Assembly: GCA_963663895.2 (NCBI GenBank)
Contig: CAXXRD010000005.1
Span: forward strand, 189,859 to 253,858
Source of the DNA: Dehalococcoidia bacterium
GTDB lineage: Bacteria; Chloroflexota; Dehalococcoidia; Bin125
Length of the DNA stretch: 64,000 bases
Reading direction: 5' to 3'
Shown: one piece after another, positions 9,485-19,398 of the stretch
Position numbering within the stretch: the stretch's first letter is position 1
Layout of the letters: each line of letters opens with the position of its first letter
Made by a program: the position numbers and the translations under genes
Notes under the pieces: generated by a model
Told to the model about the DNA's origin: nothing
The model's input: only the letters and a program-made list of their open reading frames with translations
Database searches by the model: none

Positions 9485-10551
9485 GCGACCTGTTGCTGGA
9501 GTTGCTTGGCTTCCGCCGCGGCGGCGACAGCGGCAAGGAGATCGCCCAGCTCGCCGTCCAGCGCCGCTGTGAGGTTGTGCATGGTGATGCCGGCGCGATG
9601 GTCGGAGATACGGTTCTCCGGGAAGTTGTAGGTTCGGATCTTTTCCGAGCGCTCTCCCGTTCCAACCTGGGCGCGCCGGCTCTCCGAGCGCTCGTCCTGC
9701 AGGCGCTGCCGCTCGCGCTCGTAGAGGCGAGCCCGAAGGATGCTCATCGCTTGCATGCGATTCTTGAGCTGCGAGCGCTCGCCGGTGCAGGTCACGACGA
9801 TGCCGGTCGGCTCGTGGGTGAGACGCACGCCGGTTTCCACCTTGTTGACGTTTTGCCCGCCGGCCCCGCCGGAGTGGAAGCGGTCCATCCGGATATCCGC
9901 TTCGTTGAGTTCGATATCGATATCCTGCGCTTTCGGCAGCACCGCCACCGTTGCCGTTGACGTGTGGATGCGCCCCTGCGCCTCCGTCTGCGGGACGCGC
10001 TGCACGCGGTGGACTCCGCTCTCGTACTTGAACCGCGAAAACGCCCCCGTCCCTTGCACTTCGAAGATGATCTCTTTGAAGCCGCCTGCGGCGTTCTCGC
10101 TGGCAGCCAGCACGTCGGTACGCCAGCCGTTGCTTTCGGCGTGGCGCGTATAGGCGCGGAAGAGGTCGGCGGCCCATAACCCTGCCTCGTCGCCGCCCGT
10201 CCCGGCGCGAATCTCAATGATGACGTCTCGCTCGTCGTTGACGTCCTTGGGGAGGAGCGCCTTCTTGGCGCGTGCAGTCAGATCTTCGAGGCGCTCGCTC
10301 AGCGCGGCGATCTCTTGATGGGCCATCTCTTGAAGCGCGGCGTCCTGCTCGTTTTCGAGCAGCTCGCGCGCCTGCCGCAGGTTATCTTCGAGTTGCGTGT
10401 GCTCGCCGGCGATGGCGACCAGCTCCTCCAGCTCTGCACGCTTCTTCGCGAGCGCCTGTAGGCGTGCGGCATCCGTCGCGACCGCCGGCGCGGCCATCTC
10501 CGCTTCGAGTGCGTCGAAGCGACGGCGTGTCGCGTGAACGTGATCCCACAT
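9481..10551 (-). CDS. prfA: Peptide chain release factor 1
   Basis: [25 protein letters not shown] (PxT), [14 protein letters not shown]. Confidence 0.97.
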   Translation of the reverse strand: MWDHVHATRRRFDALEAEMAAPAVATDAARLQALAKKRAELEELVAIAGEHTQLEDNLRQARELLENEQDAALQEMAHQEIAALSERLEDLTARAKKALLPKDVNDERDVIIEIRAGTGGDEAGLWAADLFRAYTRHAESNGWRTDVLAASENAAGGFKEIIFEVQGTGAFSRFKYESGVHRVQRVPQTEAQGRIHTSTATVAVLPKAQDIDIELNEADIRMDRFHSGGAGGQNVNKVETGVRLTHEPTGIVVTCTGERSQLKNRMQAMSILRARLYERERQRLQDERSESRRAQVGTGERSEKIRTYNFPENRISDHRAGITMHNLTAALDGELGDLLAAVAAAAEAKQLQQQVA

Positions 10552-10573
10552 ACCGGTGTTTTCCGCAGATGCG

Positions 10574-11857
10574 TCAGCCACCTGCTCGCTCTTCAGTATA
10601 AAGACCGGCGGCGGCAAGCTCGGCGACGACCCGATCGATCGCAACTTCGCGCTGCTGGCTATCGGCCAGATCACGGATGGTGGCTTGGCCCTGCTGGAGT
10701 TCACGCTCCCCGATGATCACCGCCATGCGCGCGCCTGTTCGCCCCGCGTGCCGCAGTTGCGCTTTCAACGAGCGATCGCCGAAGACGAGGTGTGCGCCGA
10801 TCCCTTCGCGTCGCAAGGCGGATGCAATCCGCGCCGCCGCTCTGCGCGCCGCTGCTCCGAGGTGGACCAGGACGACCGGGGGCGCGGGCGGCGATACGGC
10901 CCCGAGCCCTTGCGCGTCGAGCGTCAATGCGAAACGCTCGATCCCCATTCCAAAGCCGATCCCTGGGGTGTGCGGCCCGCCGAGCTCCTCGATCAAGCCG
11001 TCGTAGCGCCCGCCGGCGATCAGCGTCACCTGCGAGCCGCTGGTGGGCGGTTCGATCTCGAAGACGGTGTGCGTGTAATAGTCCAGGCCGCGCACGAGTG
11101 TTGGACGTTCCTTGAAGGGGATGCCGATCGCCTCCAGCGAGAGCTTGAGTTCGTCGTAATAGGCTCTCGACTCGGGACGCAAGTGCTCGCTCATCCGAGG
11201 TGCGCCGGTGCGGAAGGGCCGGCAACGATCTTGCTTGCAATCGAGTAGCCGCAGGGGAGCTCGCTCGAAGCGGTCGCGACAGTCATCGCAGAGGTGGTCC
11301 TGGTGGGGCCGGAAATGATCGCGCAGCAGCGGAACGTAGCGCTGGCGGTCCTGCGCGTCTCCGATGCTGTTGATGGAGAGCGTCAGCTGCTTGATGCCGA
11401 GCGCCTCGGGGATTCGCCAGCCTAGTTCGATGACCTCCGCATCAAGGGCGGCGTCCCGGATGCCGATCGCCTCGATCCCGAACTGCGTATGTTGACGGAA
11501 GCGCCCGGCCTGCGGGCGTTCGTAGCGAAAGATGGGCAGGTGGTAGTGGAGCTTGACCGGTTGGAGCTGGTTAGCCATCCCGTGCTCGAGATAGGCGCGG
11601 CAGGCTGAGGCCGTGCCCTCGGGACGCAATGCGAGCCGGTCGCCACTGCGGTCTTCGAAGAGGTACATCTCTTTCTCGACGATGTCCGTCCCCGCGCCCA
11701 CGCCGCGGATGAAGAGATCGGCTTGCTCGAAGGTCGGGGGCTCGAAGCCGCGGTAGCCGGCCAGTTCCGCCAGCTGTTGCGCCGTGGCGACGATGTGTCG
11801 GCGAGTGGGCTGGTCGCTGGGGAGAATGTCGTGGGTGCCGCGGGGGGCGCGCAACAC
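10574..11857 (-). CDS. hisS: Histidine--tRNA ligase
   Basis: [43 protein letters not shown]; GTG start with GAGGAG SD. Confidence 0.97.
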   Translation of the reverse strand: MLRAPRGTHDILPSDQPTRRHIVATAQQLAELAGYRGFEPPTFEQADLFIRGVGAGTDIVEKEMYLFEDRSGDRLALRPEGTASACRAYLEHGMANQLQPVKLHYHLPIFRYERPQAGRFRQHTQFGIEAIGIRDAALDAEVIELGWRIPEALGIKQLTLSINSIGDAQDRQRYVPLLRDHFRPHQDHLCDDCRDRFERAPLRLLDCKQDRCRPFRTGAPRMSEHLRPESRAYYDELKLSLEAIGIPFKERPTLVRGLDYYTHTVFEIEPPTSGSQVTLIAGGRYDGLIEELGGPHTPGIGFGMGIERFALTLDAQGLGAVSPPAPPVVLVHLGAAARRAAARIASALRREGIGAHLVFGDRSLKAQLRHAGRTGARMAVIIGERELQQGQATIRDLADSQQREVAIDRVVAELAAAGLYTEERAGG

Positions 11858-11965
11858 GGTGCCACTCCTCATGATCATCCACGGGGATGCTGCGTGGTTG
11901 ACCGCTGTGCACCGAACATCGTACGGGCGGTCTCTGCCCTGCGGAAGCACGCGCTAGACTGAAGC

Positions 11966-14176
11966 ATGGTCGCGGAGGCGGAACGGCAGCGGGCGGAGCC
12001 GATCCGGCCGACCTATGAAGATCTCCACCAGCGTGTGGAGCGTTACCTGGATGAGGCGCAGATTGCGGAGGTCCGGCGCGCGTACGCGTTCGCCGAGGCG
12101 GCGCACCAAGGCCAGTCGCGGCTGACCGGCGATCCGTACATCGTCCATCCGCTGGCGGCGGCGGTTTCCTGCGCGGAGCTCAAACTAGACGTGGCGACGC
12201 TTAAGGCGGCGCTGCTGCACGATGTTGAAGAGGACTGTGGCGTCAGCCACGGCGAACTCGCCGCGGCGTTTGGAGAGGAAACCGCCCGCCTTGTGGACGG
12301 CGTGACCAAGCTGGGCACGATTCCCTGGGGTGATCGGAGCGAGGCGCCCGGTGCCGAAGCAGTGCAGGCCGAGAACCTGCGCAAGATGTTCATTGCGATG
12401 GCGGAGGATGTTCGCGTCGTCATCGTGAAGCTGGCTGACCGCCTCCACAACATGCGCACGCTGGAACCGCTACCAGCCGAGAAGCGTGTAGCGGTCGCCC
12501 AAGAGACGATGGAGATCTACGCGCCGCTGGCGTCGCGGCTTGGGATTTGGCAGCTCAAATGGGAGCTGGAAGATCTCGCCTTCCGCTATCTCGACCCCGA
12601 GCAGTACCGGCATATCGCCAGGCTGGTGGCGAACCGCCGGGCGACGCGCGAGCGCTACGTTGAGCAACTCCGTCGCAAGCTGCAAGAGGCGCTTTCGGCG
12701 GAAGGCCTGGCGGCGGACGTGAAGGGGCGTGTCAAGAACATCTACTCGATCCACCAGAAGATCCGGAAATACGCGAAGCAAGGACGTTCCTTCAGCGAGA
12801 TCTACGACCTGCTCGCGCTGCGGGTCCTCGTGCAGCGCAAGGAGGATTGCTACAACGCGCTCGGCAGCGTGCACGCCCTCTGGCGCCCGATCGCGGGCGA
12901 ATTCGACGACTACATCGGGAACCCCAAGCCCAACGGGTACCAGTCGCTACACACGACGGTGTACTGGCAGGGAATCCGCCCGCTGGAGGTCCAAATCCGG
13001 ACCCGGGAGATGGATCGTGAGGCCGAGTACGGCGTCGCGGCGCACTGGAGCTACAAGGAAGGGGATGTGGGGCGCCGTCCCGACGAAGAGCGCATCGCCT
13101 GGCTGCGCCGGTTGGTCGATTGGCAGCGCGACCTGTCGGGCGCCGCTGAGTTCGTCGAAACGATCAAGGCGGATATCTTCCAAGACCAGGTCTACGTCTT
13201 CACGCCCAAGGGCGAAGTGAAAGACCTACCCGCAGGCGCGACGCCGCTGGATTTTGCCTTCCTCATCCACACGGAGGTCGGATATTCGTGTGTGGGCGCG
13301 AAGGTGAATGGGCGCCTTGTGCAGCTCTCCACGCCGCTGCAGAACGGGGATGTCGTCGAGATCCTCACCAGTCGCACGTCGCGCGGGCCTTCCCGCGACT
13401 GGCTCAATCCGACTCTGGGGTACCTCAAGACGCAGCACGCGCGGGTCCGGGTCCGGCAGGCGTTCCGGCGACAAGAGCGCGAAGAGAACATCGCGCGTGG
13501 CCGCGAGCAGATGGAGCGTGAGCTGCGGCGCCTCAATCTCAGGCTAGGAGAGATCGAAGCGGATCTCTTGCGGATCACGGCACACGACACGTTGGATGAC
13601 CTCTGCCAGGCGATCGGGCGCGGCGATCTCTCGGCGCACCAAGTGGCGCTCAAGCTGGCTACCCACGCCCTGGCCGACGAGATCCCTTCTGGGTCGGTAC
13701 CGCTGGCGCAGTCGACACGGGCCCGGGACCGTGCCATGACGGGTGTGCACGTCCTCGGCGCCCGCAACGTTCTCACCCGTCTCGCCAATTGCTGTGGCCC
13801 GGTCTCCGGGGACCCCATTGCAGGCTATATCACGCGTGGGCGGGGGGTGACGGTGCATCGCAGCGACTGCCGTAGCATCGTGAACAGCGCCGAGCCGGAG
13901 CGCGTCGTCGAGGTACAGTGGGGGAGTGCGCCGGGCACGCACTACGCTTCCCAGATTCGAATCGTGGGCTGGGATCGCGTGGGGCTGGTCCGGGATGTTT
14001 CCACGATTCTGGCGGATGAAGATATCAATATGGTCGGGCTCCGCACCGACGAATCGGGCGACGGGTTGGTCACGCTGCGGATGGCGGTGGAGGCCAGCGG
14101 GGTCGCGCAGTTGCAGCGCGTCATGACCAAGGTCGACGCGGTTCGCGGTGTCTTGAGCGTGGAGCGCGCACGCTAG
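11966..14176 (+). CDS. relA: Bifunctional (p)ppGpp synthetase/hydrolase (long RSH)
   Basis: LLHDVEED HD motif, KLADRLHNMRTL, PKPNGYQSLHT, EVQIRT, TGS and ACT domains. Confidence 0.96.
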   Translation: MVAEAERQRAEPIRPTYEDLHQRVERYLDEAQIAEVRRAYAFAEAAHQGQSRLTGDPYIVHPLAAAVSCAELKLDVATLKAALLHDVEEDCGVSHGELAAAFGEETARLVDGVTKLGTIPWGDRSEAPGAEAVQAENLRKMFIAMAEDVRVVIVKLADRLHNMRTLEPLPAEKRVAVAQETMEIYAPLASRLGIWQLKWELEDLAFRYLDPEQYRHIARLVANRRATRERYVEQLRRKLQEALSAEGLAADVKGRVKNIYSIHQKIRKYAKQGRSFSEIYDLLALRVLVQRKEDCYNALGSVHALWRPIAGEFDDYIGNPKPNGYQSLHTTVYWQGIRPLEVQIRTREMDREAEYGVAAHWSYKEGDVGRRPDEERIAWLRRLVDWQRDLSGAAEFVETIKADIFQDQVYVFTPKGEVKDLPAGATPLDFAFLIHTEVGYSCVGAKVNGRLVQLSTPLQNGDVVEILTSRTSRGPSRDWLNPTLGYLKTQHARVRVRQAFRRQEREENIARGREQMERELRRLNLRLGEIEADLLRITAHDTLDDLCQAIGRGDLSAHQVALKLATHALADEIPSGSVPLAQSTRARDRAMTGVHVLGARNVLTRLANCCGPVSGDPIAGYITRGRGVTVHRSDCRSIVNSAEPERVVEVQWGSAPGTHYASQIRIVGWDRVGLVRDVSTILADEDINMVGLRTDESGDGLVTLRMAVEASGVAQLQRVMTKVDAVRGVLSVERAR

Positions 14177-14225
14177 CCTTTTCCCTGGCATTCATTCCCC
14201 TGGCGCGCGGTACTCTATGCGGGTG

Positions 14226-15761
14226 ATGCTCGCGAGGGTCATGGGCTGCGCAGTGGTCGGGCTGGTCGGTGAGCCCGTCAGCGTGGAAGTGGATATCGCA
14301 CCCACGGGTCTGCCCGCCTTTAACATTGTTGGTCTGCCTGACGCCGCAGTGTCGGAGGCGAAAGAGCGCGTGCGGGCGGCGATCCGCAACGCGGGCGCGA
14401 CCTTTCCGCAGAAGCGAATCACTGTCAACCTCGCGCCGGCCGATCTGCGCAAGGAAGGGTCGGGCTACGACCTGCCCATCGCGGCGGGCATTCTCGTCGC
14501 CTCCGAGCAGATGCCAGCGGCCGTTTGCGACCAGACCGTTTTTCTCGGAGAGCTGGCTCTCGATGGAGAGGTACGGCACGTACCGGGTGCGCTGTCCGTC
14601 GCTGCCATGGCCCGCGACGGTGGGCTGCGGCGCCTCGTCGTCGGCGCCGTCGACGCGCCCGAGGCCGCGCTGATCCGGGAGATCGAGGTGCAGCCCCTCC
14701 CATCATTGCGACAGCTCATTGACGTGGCGCGTGGGTCCGCGGCCTTGGAGCTGTTCGATCGGGATGCTGCGGTGGTGGACGAGCCCGAGCCCGAGCCCGT
14801 CGTCGACTTCGGCGATGTGCGGGGCCAAGAACATGTGAAACGCGCACTGGAGGTCGCCGCGGCTGGCGGGCATAACGTTCTGATGGTCGGTCCTCCTGGG
14901 GCCGGCAAAACCCTCCTCGCCAAGGCGATGCGCGATGTCCTTCCGCGCCTCACGCTGGAGGAAGCACTGGAGGTGGCCAAGATCTACAGCGTCAACGGCT
15001 CGCTCCCGGAAGGGGGCGCCCTGCTGCGTCAGCGCCCCTTCCGAGCGCCGCATCACACGATCTCCAACGCAGGACTCGTGGGCGGAGGGCGCCAGCCTCG
15101 GCCGGGCGAGATCAGCCTGAGTAATCACGGGATGTTGTTTCTCGACGAGTTGCCCGAGTTTGGGGTCGCGGCGCTCGAGGCGCTGCGCCAGCCGCTGGAG
15201 GATCACCAGGTGACGATCGCGCGGGCTCACGGCGCGGTGACCTATCCGGCCCGCTTCATGCTGGTAGCGGCGATGAACCCCTGTCCTTGCGGCTACTACG
15301 GCGACGCGGTCCGCGCCTGTACCTGCTCGGAAGGCAGCGTGCAACGGTACCAGCGCCGCATCTCCGGCCCGCTTCTTGACCGCATCGATATTTTCGTCGA
15401 GGTCCCGCGCCTGGACTATGAGAAGCTGGCGGGGACCACCGTGGGCGAATCGTCGGCCGCCGTTCGCGAGCGGATCACCGCCGCTCAGGCGCGCCAGCGA
15501 TCGCGCCTTGCGGCGGACGGTTCGGGCCTGAACGCGGGAATGTCGCCGCGGCAGGTGCGGGTGCATTGTCAGGAGCTGCTGGCGCCCGAGGCGGCGTCGA
15601 TCCTGCGCATGGCGATGGCGCAGCTTTCCTTGTCGGCCCGGGCCTTCCACCGGGTGCTGAAGGTCGCTCGCAGCATTGCCGACCTCGGCGGCGCCGAGGA
15701 GATCGGCCCGGAGCAGATGGCCGAGGCGCTGGTCTATCGTCAGCGGGGCGCGGATCGCTAG
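14226..15761 (+). CDS. comM: YifB/ComM family Mg-chelatase-like AAA ATPase
   Basis: VGLPDAAVSEAKERV, NLAPADLRKEG, GPPGAGKT, FLDELPEF, MNPCPCG; start may be GTG 14223. Confidence 0.93.
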   Translation: MLARVMGCAVVGLVGEPVSVEVDIAPTGLPAFNIVGLPDAAVSEAKERVRAAIRNAGATFPQKRITVNLAPADLRKEGSGYDLPIAAGILVASEQMPAAVCDQTVFLGELALDGEVRHVPGALSVAAMARDGGLRRLVVGAVDAPEAALIREIEVQPLPSLRQLIDVARGSAALELFDRDAAVVDEPEPEPVVDFGDVRGQEHVKRALEVAAAGGHNVLMVGPPGAGKTLLAKAMRDVLPRLTLEEALEVAKIYSVNGSLPEGGALLRQRPFRAPHHTISNAGLVGGGRQPRPGEISLSNHGMLFLDELPEFGVAALEALRQPLEDHQVTIARAHGAVTYPARFMLVAAMNPCPCGYYGDAVRACTCSEGSVQRYQRRISGPLLDRIDIFVEVPRLDYEKLAGTTVGESSAAVRERITAAQARQRSRLAADGSGLNAGMSPRQVRVHCQELLAPEAASILRMAMAQLSLSARAFHRVLKVARSIADLGGAEEIGPEQMAEALVYRQRGADR

Positions 15762-15784
15762 GACGTCTGGAGGCGAAGCGCCCG

Positions 15785-16228
15785 ATGAACCGCTTGGATC
15801 ACGCACATCTCTTCTCATCCGACATCGAGAAGACGGTCGAATTCTTCACGACCATGTTCGGGGGCACCATCGTCTACGACACCGAGCTCGTGGGCCAGCG
15901 CAACGTGCGGGTGGATATCGGTGGCGGCGCCGTACATGTCTATGAGCAGCCGCCGCGCGGCGCGGGGCGGCCTTTGATTCACCACCTCGGGATCCGCACG
16001 GACGACCTAGACGCGCTGGTCGCGCATATGCGGGCGCAGGGGGCTGCTTTCCCGAGAGGAATCCGTGAGGCTCCCGCTTTCCGTTACACGATGTGCGAAG
16101 CGCCCGATGGTTTGCTCTTGGAGCTCTACCAGGTCAAGCCCGGTGGGGAGTGGATGGTGGGCGCGGGGGAGCCGCCCCCGCAAGACCCAGCAGCGGCCCC
16201 ATCTCGACAGATCGGTGCGGTGGGATAA
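15785..16228 (+). CDS. VOC (glyoxalase) family protein
   Basis: LDHAHL...FF, HHLGIRTDDLD, APDGLLLEL. Confidence 0.88.
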   Translation: MNRLDHAHLFSSDIEKTVEFFTTMFGGTIVYDTELVGQRNVRVDIGGGAVHVYEQPPRGAGRPLIHHLGIRTDDLDALVAHMRAQGAAFPRGIREAPAFRYTMCEAPDGLLLELYQVKPGGEWMVGAGEPPPQDPAAAPSRQIGAVG

Positions 16229-16243
16229 GATCGGGGGAAGCGT

Positions 16244-16319
16244 GCCCCCGTAGCTCAGCCGGATAGAGCGTCGGCCTCCGGAGCCGGAAGCGCAGGTTCG
16301 AGTCCTGCCGGGGGTACCA
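16244..16319 (+). tRNA. tRNA-Arg(CCG)
   Basis: Full cloverleaf GCCCCCG...CGGGGGT-A-CCA, anticodon loop CT-CCG-GA, T loop TTCGAGT. Confidence 0.97.
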
Positions 16320-16353
16320 GACGAGACTGTACACGTTGCCGCAGCCCCCTGGC

Positions 16354-17958
16354 CTAGCACTTCCGAAGGACGATGACCTCGTTCTCGGTGATCGCGTTCT
16401 TTACATGCGCAAAGTTCTGTGTTGTCACAGTAATGGGAATCGACTTCTCCCAAGAAAAGCCAACCTGTTCCGCTATCCGAACGATGTGGGAGCAGGTCGT
16501 AATTTGGAACTGTCGCCCGTCACCAAGAACGGTCTTACTGTCACCCAGAACCAGGCGGGCTTCCGCCCCAACTCTCATGGCTGCAGAAACATTTTCTAGA
16601 GAACGACGCATTCCTGTAAAGTACCGGTATAATAACGCCGCAGTGTTCCGTTTCCTGAACCCAACCTCAAATTTCTCATTAGTCTCCATAATTTCACGAA
16701 TATCTCCTCCCACCTCCGAAGGTAGCCTCGCCAAGCCTCCTTCAAGCATCTCCTGCTCAATGCTCCTACGCCACCTTTCTGGAATCTCTCTACTTCCAAT
16801 AATCTCCTTTTCCAACCTAGATCTGTCTTTGTGCGACATCAATCCAAGTACGGTAAATGACAAGCGTTCCGTGTCCACATAGGGAAGAGCGGTCGCGTAG
16901 GGTGGACTGCTGACGACAGCATCTACCGGATGCTGGGCCAAGACAGGATGCAGCCCTGGCGCTAGGGTCCTTGTATCCTCCTCCTGGACATCAACGTTGG
17001 GCTCTTTCCACGGGTAATGTCTCGTGAGGTCCTGCCCCGCTCTGATTTTTTTCATCTCACTTATCGCCTTGTTCACTGTCATAGTGAACAGAGGAGCGTC
17101 CCGGATAGGTTCCGGCCTTCGTCGCATCCGCAGATCCCGTGGGTCTTGCTGAGAGCACGACCGTAGCTGGTCGGACAAGCAGACCTTCAAAAAGTCCTGA
17201 ATGCCGGGCTCTGCGATGCTGTCTATCGCCTGCAGCGTAATCGCAAGCTTGTGGCGGACGGACCCGGGAAACCAGCCTCGCAGTTCTGCTTCCGCCCCCG
17301 GCACACCACACAGCGCAGCGAGCCGGCTCGCTTCGTAGTCGGAACGCCCTGGTGGCTCCTTTTCTCCAAGGCCGCCCCATGCAATGCCCTCTGCCTTCGC
17401 CAAGCGGATCAGGTCGTCCTCAAATCTCTCGATAGCCACAGCAATTGAGTGAGCGGGGGTTCGAAGCATTCGCACCTTCGTCCTGGCAATGAGAACGGCA
17501 AGCGGGTTGACATCGAAACCAAGGGCGTCGACTCCAAGCAGCCAGGCCTCGACTAGCGAAGTCCCACTACCAGCGAACGGGTCGACCACGAGATCGCCCG
17601 GCGACACCTTCGCATGATTGAGAAGGGCCCGGGCAAGCTGCGGGTAGAACTTTCCCTTAAACCGGTGGAGACCATGTGTGAGGTAGTTCGACTCTTTCCG
17701 GCCACTGTGACGACCTTGCAGTGCCAGTGTGGCCTGCTCAAGGAGAGAGACGTCAGTGGTGACTTCAACGCCGTGTCCGGAAACCCTCGACGAAAAGGCA
17801 ATGCGACGCAGCACTTCGGGTGAGATTCTCAGTGGCGTAGCAACCGTACTCCCGGAAAGAGGCGTGCCGTTAGCGAGAGCAACAAGTTCGTGCTGGGCAA
17901 GCGTCTCCTCGTAGGGAAACGGCTGGTAGCCAGGCTTCGCGATCTTGTACTCAAACAC
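16354..17958 (-). CDS. DNA methyltransferase, alpha-class, probably N4-cytosine (M2)
   Basis: THGLHRFKGKF, DPFAGSGT (motif I) preceding SPPY (motif IV). Confidence 0.88.
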   Translation of the reverse strand: MFEYKIAKPGYQPFPYEETLAQHELVALANGTPLSGSTVATPLRISPEVLRRIAFSSRVSGHGVEVTTDVSLLEQATLALQGRHSGRKESNYLTHGLHRFKGKFYPQLARALLNHAKVSPGDLVVDPFAGSGTSLVEAWLLGVDALGFDVNPLAVLIARTKVRMLRTPAHSIAVAIERFEDDLIRLAKAEGIAWGGLGEKEPPGRSDYEASRLAALCGVPGAEAELRGWFPGSVRHKLAITLQAIDSIAEPGIQDFLKVCLSDQLRSCSQQDPRDLRMRRRPEPIRDAPLFTMTVNKAISEMKKIRAGQDLTRHYPWKEPNVDVQEEDTRTLAPGLHPVLAQHPVDAVVSSPPYATALPYVDTERLSFTVLGLMSHKDRSRLEKEIIGSREIPERWRRSIEQEMLEGGLARLPSEVGGDIREIMETNEKFEVGFRKRNTAALLYRYFTGMRRSLENVSAAMRVGAEARLVLGDSKTVLGDGRQFQITTCSHIVRIAEQVGFSWEKSIPITVTTQNFAHVKNAITENEVIVLRKC

Positions 17959-17961
17959 CAG

Positions 17962-19350
17962 CTATTCCTTTACCAACAGCAAGATGTGCTCCTTGCGGGC
18001 CCGGCGTGCGGCGTGGATCATTGAACGTTTCCTTGGGTGAATTACCCGGCCGACGCATGCGATGGTGCGGAGACCAAGCCGCCGGGAGACTCCAGAGAGC
18101 ACTACAGCGTTGTTCACGAGCCTGCCACCAAACACGGAGTCCCCAACTACGAAGGCAATCGGCCGTCTAGGCTGCAGGCAGGTCATGACTGAGGCGAGAC
18201 ACTCCCTGAGGTCGTCCTGGTAGATGCTGATGGCGTTCGCCTGACCTTGGTGGTTTAGGTGAGAGCCAATCTCCGCCTCGCGAACCTGCTTTGGGTCGAA
18301 TCCGAGCCAATAGAGGCGGTGGCGGTGGTACAAGTGGTAGTCGAAAGCGTTGGCATAGGGTGGGGAGGTGATGACTGCGTCCACGAGCCCGATTTCACTG
18401 GCGTCAAGTTGACGAGCATCCCCGACAAGGGCTGTGGCCGCCGAGGATGAAGCGCCCCTTAGCCACCCGCGGTGCATCCGCACGGTATGCATCAGCTTTT
18501 CCCGAAAGCGGCGGAGGACATCGCCAACTTCGACGGTCTTCGCCCTCGCCGTGTAGCGCGTCTCGGAGTCCTGATTGGAAGCTTGGACGAGGATGGCTGA
18601 GAAGCATGCCCGCGCCACTGTAGCTGCGGACGGATGAGCCAGCTCGTCAACCCTCGCTAGGATCATGCCCAGCTCATGCATCGCCTGGGGCGTGAACCAA
18701 CGTTCTCGATTCGGGATCTGTGGAGGGGTAACTGGTGCGATGTCCGGTGTGACTGTTGCCATGAGGATTGGCTGGCCGGTGATGCGGGAGATATCCGCCT
18801 CAACAGCCTTGTCGAGCCCATCCAGGGCACTAAAGCCGGGACTATCCAGAACAAGGGTCTTGGCTAGCGATGCAAGAACCGCGACAGGGTTTGAATCGAT
18901 CCCGATGCTGCTTCGGCCGAGAGCCCTTGCTTCGACCAAGGTAGTGCCCGATCCGCAGAAGGGGTCAAGGACCGTATCTCCTGGACTCGTGAGGACGTTG
19001 ATCAGCCGGCGCGGGATTTGGGGGGGAAACTTGGCCGGATAGGGGTGGAGATTGTGGGTCCATTCGTCGGTCCGCTCGTCCTCGAACGCCCAGTCGGAAT
19101 CATCGAGGATGCGCTTCCACTCGCGCTCAGAGTCATCCCTGGGTTCGTCAAGGGGAACTTCATCGTGATGCTCTTCAGCAGACTGCTGCGCGAGCCACGC
19201 CTCCAGAGCGGCGGGCTCATACCGAACATTCGAGCCTACCCTGACGAAAGGAATGTCCCCTCGAGTTCGGAGTCGCCAGAGCGTCGTCCGAGACACCCCC
19301 AGAATATCTTCGACCTCAGCCTCTGTGAGGAGATGATCTGGGTGAAACAT
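17962..19350 (-). CDS. HTH (excisionase/MerR-like)-fused DNA methyltransferase, probably N4-cytosine (M1)
   Basis: N-terminal LLTEAEVEDILGVSRTTLWRLR HTH; THNLHPYPAKF, DPFCGSGT, ITSPPY. Confidence 0.88.
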   Translation of the reverse strand: MFHPDHLLTEAEVEDILGVSRTTLWRLRTRGDIPFVRVGSNVRYEPAALEAWLAQQSAEEHHDEVPLDEPRDDSEREWKRILDDSDWAFEDERTDEWTHNLHPYPAKFPPQIPRRLINVLTSPGDTVLDPFCGSGTTLVEARALGRSSIGIDSNPVAVLASLAKTLVLDSPGFSALDGLDKAVEADISRITGQPILMATVTPDIAPVTPPQIPNRERWFTPQAMHELGMILARVDELAHPSAATVARACFSAILVQASNQDSETRYTARAKTVEVGDVLRRFREKLMHTVRMHRGWLRGASSSAATALVGDARQLDASEIGLVDAVITSPPYANAFDYHLYHRHRLYWLGFDPKQVREAEIGSHLNHQGQANAISIYQDDLRECLASVMTCLQPRRPIAFVVGDSVFGGRLVNNAVVLSGVSRRLGLRTIACVGRVIHPRKRSMIHAARRARKEHILLLVKE

Positions 19351-19398
19351 GGGGAAACGATAGTCGCAGTGTGAGGAACCGTCAAGACGAGTCCGTGT

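Noticed and set aside
19200-19350. Separate excisionase or prophage remnant
   Set aside because: The HTH is in frame with the methyltransferase; no integrase or phage genes in the window
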